Assembly (NCBI RefSeq): GCF_006345805.1
Contig: NC_043012.1
Location: 59,148,001 to 59,212,000 of the forward strand
DNA: 64,000 nucleotides
From: Octopus sinensis
Taxonomy: Eukaryota
Direction of reading: 5' to 3'
Shown: piece after piece, positions 63,935 to 64,000 of the stretch
Position numbering within the stretch: position 1 is the stretch's first letter
Layout of the letters: each line of letters starts with the position of its first letter
Made by a program: the position numbers and the translations under genes
The notes under the pieces: model-generated
Told to the model about the DNA's origin: nothing
What the model saw: only the letters and a program-made list of their open reading frames with translations
Database searches by the model: none

Positions 63935-63983
<49 letters not shown>

Positions 63984-64000
63984 CATCTATCTATCTATCT
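63600..64000. repeat. CT-rich low-complexity tract ending in (TCTA)n
   Basis: Direct reading. Confidence 0.9.

Overview
Non-coding-dominated, AT-rich animal genomic DNA, most likely octopus/cephalopod. That assignment is an inference from the tRNA-derived SINE families and the very dense (TA)n/(TG)n/(TACA)n/(TAGA)n/(AAT)n microsatellites. No complete protein-coding gene is recognisable, and almost all ORF-track entries are microsatellite or antisense-repeat artefacts. Supported content: dozens of SINE copies from about five families; a 5'-truncated CR1/L2-group LINE with two nested insertions; RTE and Penelope (RT/GIY-YIG) fragments; a complete non-autonomous Helitron inside the Penelope ORF; mariner/Tc1 relics; and several MITE-like foldbacks. 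Most notable observations: (1) nine minimal hammerhead-ribozyme-like motifs, including one well-formed copy at 48550-48600 and a dispersed repeat family carrying core variants; (2) the same trimeric SINE architecture at two loci; (3) many local inverted duplications, several centred on or bounded by (TA)n; (4) a phase-compatible chain of short + strand candidate exons (21.3-45.1 kb) giving an unrecognised ORF. Repeat boundaries were read by eye and are approximate (about 10-20 bp) unless termini or a TSD are quoted. No database searches or folding computations were run.
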